Shown here one piece after another: positions 51,753 through 58,463 of a stretch of 58,463 nucleotides of DNA (positions are counted from its first letter, which is position 1; each line of letters starts with the position of its first letter). The notes beneath the pieces were generated by a model. The model had not been told where the DNA came from. It made no database searches and saw only the letters and a program-made list of their open reading frames with translations. The stretch lies in contig NC_068986.1 of the NCBI RefSeq assembly GCF_001194135.2, forward strand, positions 2,584,631 through 2,643,093. Direction: 5' to 3'. Both the position numbers and the translations under genes were made by a program. Source of the DNA: Octopus bimaculoides (Eukaryota).

Positions 51753-52792
51753 ATGGACTTGAAGTCCCCGCAGAAACATAAAAGAACCACAACAGAGGAT
51801 TTTAATCGGAAGGATGGGCTAAAAAAAGATGATGATGATGGAGTTTTGGCCGCCACGGCAGCAACAGCCCCGTGTTTTGTGTGTGGGGCAGAGGCGGCGG
51901 CGGCGGAGGAGGAGCAGTCTATTGACAGAAAGTCGACAGATCACACAAATAGACCCACAGACCTTAAGATTCAGGCTAAAAGTTTTTGTTCCGCGTGTAA
52001 GAATTTTTACCAGCACAGTACCAGAGGAGATGCACACTTGACTTATGTCTGTGTTACTCAAAGTCAGATTAACAGACGGATTTCATTGAGGAACTCCAAT
52101 TTGTTGACTTCCAAATCACCAGTTTCTGGATTATGTGTTATCAAAACAGATATTGTAAATAAATGCCGCGCTTGTTGGTATCTCAAATGCATCTCTTTTG
52201 GACTCAATGAAATTTTGGAAATCGCGGATGTTAACCAACTTCCGAATATCAACAATAACAACAAAGATCCCAGTGATGAGATAATTCGGAACAAAAACGA
52301 TTCTTCGTGTTCGTCTGAAAAGGAATCCAAGAATCCGAATTTATCTGCCTCGTCAAACGAAAGTTCAAGTGTAGATGTGGCAACCAAGAATAAACAGACA
52401 CAACGCCAGCAACATCAGCCCGTTCGTTCAGACTCTTCCGAGAAAACGGCTGCCTCTCAGACAAAACCGAAACTATCTACAATGCAAAAGCAAGGATCGA
52501 CTCAAATGGATAATTCTCACACTACTAAAAGCTCAGTCCAAGGAAATGGACCGTCGGTGTCTACAGCATCATCCGGAGTGGCTTCTTTGCAACTCGCACA
52601 AGGGAAGTCGTTAAAAGTTTTTAATCAACAACAGAAATCAGTGAAACAATTAAAACCAATTGCTCGAACTCAAGGGATAACAAAAACTACCACAGTTCAA
52701 CCTCAAACAAAAACGTCTGTTTCCAATCAGACGAAAAGTTCGGTTACAAGAGAGATTACCAACAATCCAGTTTCCTCAACGGAATCACAGAA
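51753..52792 (+). CDS. First large coding exon of a nuclear-receptor-type C4 zinc-finger protein, most like trithorax/KMT2A histone H3K4 methyltransferase
   Basis: C-x2-C-x34-C-x2-C-x17-C-x27-C-x9-C-x2-C-x4-C at 51873-52190. CRACWYLKC has W where true NRs have R, as in insect Trithorax (C-K-A-C-W-x-x-K-C, from memory). Long S/T/Q/K-rich tail. The ORF 'stop' overlaps donor aa|gtaagc, so the gene continues beyond the window. The SET domain is not visible. Confidence 0.6.
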
Positions 52793-54876
52793 GTAAGCCT
52801 TTACATATGATTTTACTCTGCATCCCTCTTTAAACACACACATACGCAGACATATGTACACACCCAAAATTCCTTTATTACAACAATTATAGCAGTAAAC
52901 TAATGAGAGAGATATTGCCTAGACAACAAGACAACGTGGTCGTTCTATCTATTCAAATTAGCATCCAAGTTTCCACATGTTACCGTCATAAATAGGGATA
53001 TAGAATGCTAGAAAATGTATTGCTATTTATCTCCAAAAAGATGAGATAGTCTCCATTGGAATACTTTTTAATCGCAAATCTACTATGATCCGGGATTAAG
53101 TAACAACTAAGGCCAAAATATACTTACTTGCATTACTGATGAAATTAAAGGATGCTTTGACCATTTAATTTCATCATATGTCAAGAATTGATTTTAATGA
53201 CACTAATATATACACACACATATATTGCCACCATGAGGTACATTGGTACTCAAAGGTACTGCTTATTTTCTCCTTTTCCCACGGATAGCACGTTGATTTA
53301 TTACACCCAACATTCCCCAAATTTCTATTTCACATTAATAGGATACTCTTTTTAAGTTTACAACTAAATGATATATATACATATATATGTGTATACATAG
53401 GGCTCGCTAGAAATAGCAGTCAGATCTCCCGCAAATCACACTCTACCGTCTTAAAGAATACACTTAGACAATGTAGTCTTTCATATAGGATGCCCACAGC
53501 TAGAATGCCTTTAATCATAGGTCTGTGTTGTCGAGGCTGACCTAGTATTAAACAACAATATTCTCTACTATAACGACCTGCAGTAGCATCTATAATATCC
53601 AAGTGTCATCGAGTGAATCCCTTTTCAAATCACACCGTACTGTCTTAAATCAGGAAAGGACCCTTTAGACAATATAGGTCCTACCATATTCTCTGAAAAG
53701 ATGGGATTGTCACGACAGATGTGTTTTTGATCATAGACCTGCCAGATCAGGGTAGTTTTATGGTTGAACAATAAGAAATACATGCTTATATAAAGGCCTC
53801 AGCAGAGATCTACATTCAAGTTCATTTAGTTAAACCTGACTGAGCATTTAGTGATAGTTATATTAAGTTGTAGTTGCTATTAGCATGTAAAAAACTGGAT
53901 CACCATTGATTTCAGTGATATGTATCTAGTTGTTCAATCAATTGAACTACCTGCTCCTTGATTTAGCATGTAAGTGGCTGAGTATTCTACAGATCTATGT
54001 ATCCTCAATGTAATTACAGGAACGATCAATTTTCTCTGTTCTTGAATGTCCACTTTTACTCACAAGGCTTAGGTTAGCCCGAGGCTATGGCAAAAAAAGT
54101 TTCCCAAAATGCTCTGCTGCGGGTTTGAACTTGAGACCTCATGGTTGTGAACTAACAACATTTAAACTAATTAATCGGATTTGCAGTTCAGAGATGTCAG
54201 CTATTCTTTGTTTACAGTCCACTACTAAAGCATGTCTCAGCGTTTTGGCATGTCTTGACATGTGAGTACTGGACATAGATGTCATTATTCATACAAACGG
54301 TGTCATTAGTTTGCAAATTCATGTCCAGATTGTTAGTTGTTGAACAGAATAGGGGAAGAAAGGCATTTGGTCTGGCAAAATTCTTTCAGCAAAGTCTTAT
54401 CTGACCTATGCAAGCATGGAAAAGTAGACATTAAAATGATGATAACAAGAATGATGTATATATGATGAGCTTTCATACAGTTTCTGTTTACCATAAAACT
54501 GTCTCAGATAAGCCCCTGCTCAACCCATGCTTGCATGGAAAAACAATCCTTGAACAAATGAAACATCTTAACATTAAAATGCCCTGCATGCAAATCTCAA
54601 CTGTAAAATGTCTGCAGCTTGTGTATACTCAATAGTAAAATACTGCTTGCACCACCTCAACATATGCTGCACATACACACTTCAACATTAAAATAGTTTA
54701 TGTTAAGGTTACATACACATCTTAACAATAAAATGGGACCCATACACTTAAGAAGCACAGGCATGGCTGTATGGTTAAGTTTCCATCTTACATAGTTTCT
54801 GTATCATTCCCATTTGTGTGGCACACTGATGTTGATGATGATGAATTCCAATATTTTAAATCAGAGTCTGTCCCCG

Positions 54877-56880
54877 TTAATGGGGGTGGTTGGATCTACC
54901 TCAGTCCTACCGCAACCGCTCTCGCACCATCTTGCCACCTCACCTGGTTTTGGGTATTCTCCCTCCTCAAGCCAACCCTTCCAATCTCCTCCACCTGTTC
55001 CCTCAATGTTTCCTTTGGTCGACCTTGCTTTCGCGGTTTATTCACTTTAAACTCAAGCATGATCCTCAGAACATGATCCTCATCCCTCCTCAATGCATGT
55101 CCATATCACCGCACTCCATTCACCCTTGTCAGCTGTTCCACCAATTCCTCCAACCCCAGCATCCCCATCAAGTCCTCAGCCCTCCTTATATCCAATAGTT
55201 TCACACCACACATTGCTCTCTTGGTCTTTCTCAAAACTGCCATTTCACTTTCCCTCAGACACCATCTCTCACTCCCATACAACTCCGATAAACGCTTCCT
55301 TTCATCTTCAAGAAGAACCTTTTCCGACATAACGCTCCACATTCTCTGAACTTCACCCAACCAAGTCTAGCTTTTACTGTCACAGCTGCTTCACATCCAC
55401 CCTGTCTCCCAAATAACAAAACCCCCTCACTGTTTCCACCGGTCCTGCCAGCCCTCCAGCTCCTTTCTCACATCTTCCACAAATAAAATCTCTTGCCAGT
55501 CTTGGGGGTCACCTTCTTTATTTTCGTACATCTACCATGAATCCATTTCCCACATTTCTTATACAACACTGCATTTGTCATTACCCTCCTCCCACAAACA
55601 CCATATGGATCTACCTTACTCACTAACACTTCTGCTCACCATCACCTTTGTCTTCCCGAGGTTTACCTTCAAACCCTTGCTTTCAAACACCTCCTTCCAT
55701 TTTCGAAACTTCTCCCTCAGTCCCTCCATCGTCTCACTCATCAGAACAAGGTCATCCCCAGACAGTATCTCCATTATAAATCCCTCTTTTGCACTCTCCG
55801 TCACCACATCAGGCACTATTGCAAACAACAATGGTGACATCACAGATCCCTGATGCATGCCAGCTTTCACTGCAAACTCCTCTGATCCAATTCTAACTCT
55901 TGTCTTTACCCCTTCATACAAACTCCTCACTGCCCTCACTATTACCTCTAGTGCACCTCTCTTCCTCAATGCCCATTCAGTCACCTTCCTTGGAACCGTA
56001 TCAAATGCTTTCGCCAGATCAACGAAGCACATGTACAACTCCTCATCTCAGTATTCCTCTTGCAGTCTCCTTACAATGAAAACTGCATCTATTGTCCCCT
56101 TCCCTGGCATAAAAGCAAATTGCGTCTCGTTCACATACACCGTTTTCCAAATTCTCCACTCCAACACCCTTTCTACAATCTTCATTGCATGCTCTGATAA
56201 CTGCACTCCCCTATATTCCCCACAACTCATCACATCCCCCTTCTCCTTGAAGATCGGTACCACCACACTTAGTGTCCAATCATCTGGCATTCCTCTTCCA
56301 CCCAGCAGACCTCCATCATCACAACAATCCTTATCTCTCCACTTGCAGTTATCATTTCCACACTTACTTCTAATGGACCAGCTGCCTTTCCTGTTTTTAT
56401 TTCCTTCATTGCCTCCACTACTTCTTCCTGACTAACCCTCTCCCCTGGCCCCTTCACCACAGCAACTTCCATCCTCTGATCCCATTCATTCACCTCGTTC
56501 ATAATTCCCTCCATATGCTCCTTCCAAACTCTTCCCCTGTCCTTCTCACTAAAATTCAACCTTCCATCACTCCCCCATCATACGTCTTCCTCCCTCAACA
56601 TCTCTTCCATCTTTTTTCATTGATTTCATAAACCTAAACACTCTATCCGGGTTCTCATCCTACCTGCTCAGCCTCCTTCCTCATAGATCTCGCAACCACC
56701 CTCCTTGCCCAATTCTTCACGTTATTACACCTGGCTTTCATTTGCTCAATCCTATTCTTACACAAAGCTTTGTGTGCCTTCTTCTTCCTCGCAATCGCAT
56801 CCCTCACCTCCTCATTCCACCACCACGTATCTCCTCGATCTCTCCTACCTTTTGTCCTTCTACCCGAATGTTTATTCCAA
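54877..56880 (-). mobile_element. Older frameshifted RTE-clade LINE in the intron of the zinc-finger gene
   Basis: RT motifs FVDLAKAFDTV, GMHQGSVMSPLLF, SGDDLVL (YADD mutated) and GLKVNLGKTKVM, spread over several frames. Confidence 0.9.
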
Positions 56881-57601
56881 TCTGGTACTTATTTTATTTT
56901 TATGCATTTACTGACTACCTAAGGTACCTTTTAGACACATTTCTAGCCATCATCATCATCTGTTGTCCATGCTGGTATGTGTTGGTTGGCTTGACCAGGA
57001 CTGGGCAACCTGGAAGGCTGCACCAGACTCCAGTCTGATTCAGACTTCTAGCTTGATTTTTACCAATAAGTATAATCCTCTTCCACATATATAATGGGCT
57101 TCTGCTCAGTTTCCATTTATCAATTCCCACTTAAAAGATATTGGCTAACTTGAGAATATGATTTAAAACATTTGCCTAAAGTGTCATATAGTAGGATTGA
57201 GAGTGAAAGAATACAAAGTAACCAAGTCTGCCATTGAAACTTTGATCTCAGATTATAGTTGTTTTACTTCATTTCTAGAGAGAGAGAGAGAGATGCTTAT
57301 TACTACCATTATTTCTTCGTTACAAAAATGTTAATTAGGCTAGCAACCTATTGATAGATATCTTTGATCATGAAAAGCTAAGCCAGTGACTCTAGTTATT
57401 GCACTCGTACATATAGTAAACAGATATATTTGTGTGTGGTAAAAAGTTTGCTTCCTGTCCATATGTCACTGGGTTCAGTCCCACTGTGTGGTACCTCAGA
57501 CAATTGTGCCTTTTGTTATAGCCTCAGGATGACCAAAGCCTTATGAGAGATAAGTAAAAGAAGCCCTTTGTATGTGTGTGTGTGTGTAGTAAATGTATGT
57601 G

Positions 57602-57632
<31 letters not shown>

Positions 57633-57730
57633 ATGGTGTGTATGTATGTGTTTGTGTGTGTAGATATATATATGTATATATATAATGTATGTGTATCTCT
57701 ATGTATGTATGTGTATATATATATATATAT

Positions 57731-57895
57731 CATCATCATCATCATTTAACATCCGCTTTCCATGCTAGCATGGGTTGGACGATTTGACTGAGGACTGGTG
57801 GACCAGGAGGCTGCACCAGGCTCCAATCTGATCTGGCAGAGTTTCTACAGCTGGATGCCTTTCCTAATGCCAACCACTCCGAGAGTGTAGTAGGT
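57731..57895 (-). mobile_element. RTE 3' tail fragment embedded in (TA)n
   Basis: Matches the tails at 226 and 36398. Confidence 0.85.
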
Positions 57896-57931
57896 GTGTC
57901 TATGTATATATATATATATATATATATACAT

Positions 57932-57964
<33 letters not shown>

Positions 57965-57984
57965 ATATATAGATATGTGTGTCT

Positions 57985-58275
57985 GTCTGTGTGTGTGTGT
58001 TTCCCGAAAACTCGAGAACTACACAACCAATTTCATTCAAATTCTGCACATGTCTTACTTAGGGTTCCGGTTGTGTTTTAGTCAAAATTAATTTTTTAAC
58101 TTCTTGCATAGTTCGAGCCCACAGCAACATCATATCTCCTCCACTTAAGTATTACGTGTCAAAAGTGAAACAAAAACACTCATGTCAAATACTTTCACTT
58201 TAAAAATGAAACTATTCCACTAACTGAAACAATCACATTTCGATACTGTAATGACAGATACTTTCACTTTAATGG
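57985..58275 (+). mobile_element. Probable non-autonomous Helitron-like element
   Basis: Microsatellite followed by aaaactcgagaactacacaaccaatttcattcaaatt, which resembles the 5' subterminal block of invertebrate Helitron/HINE elements. Confidence 0.45.
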
Positions 58276-58463
58276 TGTGTATATATATATATAGAGAGAG
58301 AAAGAGAGAGAGATGTATATGTATACATATACATGTATATGTACACGTATATGTATAGATATATATATAGATATAGATCTATATGCATACATGTATATGT
58401 ATACATATGTGTAGATGTATATATATAGGTGTACATCTAATATGTACACATATATAAATGCAT

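Noticed and set aside
51819-52614. Overlapping and antisense ORFs within the zinc-finger exon
   Set aside because: Shadow frames of a GC-richer coding exon, with no independent support.

Overview
AT-rich, microsatellite- and retroelement-dense animal genomic DNA with assembly gaps. The SINE/RTE-LINE repertoire and (GAT)n tails look like an octopod cephalopod, probably Octopus (my inference from repeat sequences, not a database hit). Three genes can be supported. (1) A minus-strand, essentially single-coding-exon 385-aa orphan membrane protein (15736-16893). (2) A minus-strand spliced gene missed by the ORF track: a non-coding exon 1 ending at 47020 and coding exons 41050-40948 and 39995-39862, which join in frame to give a mitochondrial presequence plus a transmembrane helix; its later exons are uncertain. 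(3) The first coding exon (51753-52792, +) of a protein with a divergent nuclear-receptor-type C4 zinc finger most like trithorax/KMT2A, head-to-head with gene 2. The rest is transposon-derived: a very young RTE LINE family, older RTEs, tRNA-headed SINEs, and remnants of Tc1, Helitron and an RLE-type (R4/NeSL-like) non-LTR element. The most notable structural feature is the set of fold-back sequences around the mitochondrial gene's exons: near-identical inverted RTE copies, a ~95-bp-arm palindrome and inverted SINEs. These are candidate dsRNA, ADAR or circRNA substrates. Nothing prokaryotic and no CRISPR array is present. Most listed ORFs are artefacts of N-runs, microsatellites or purine tracts.
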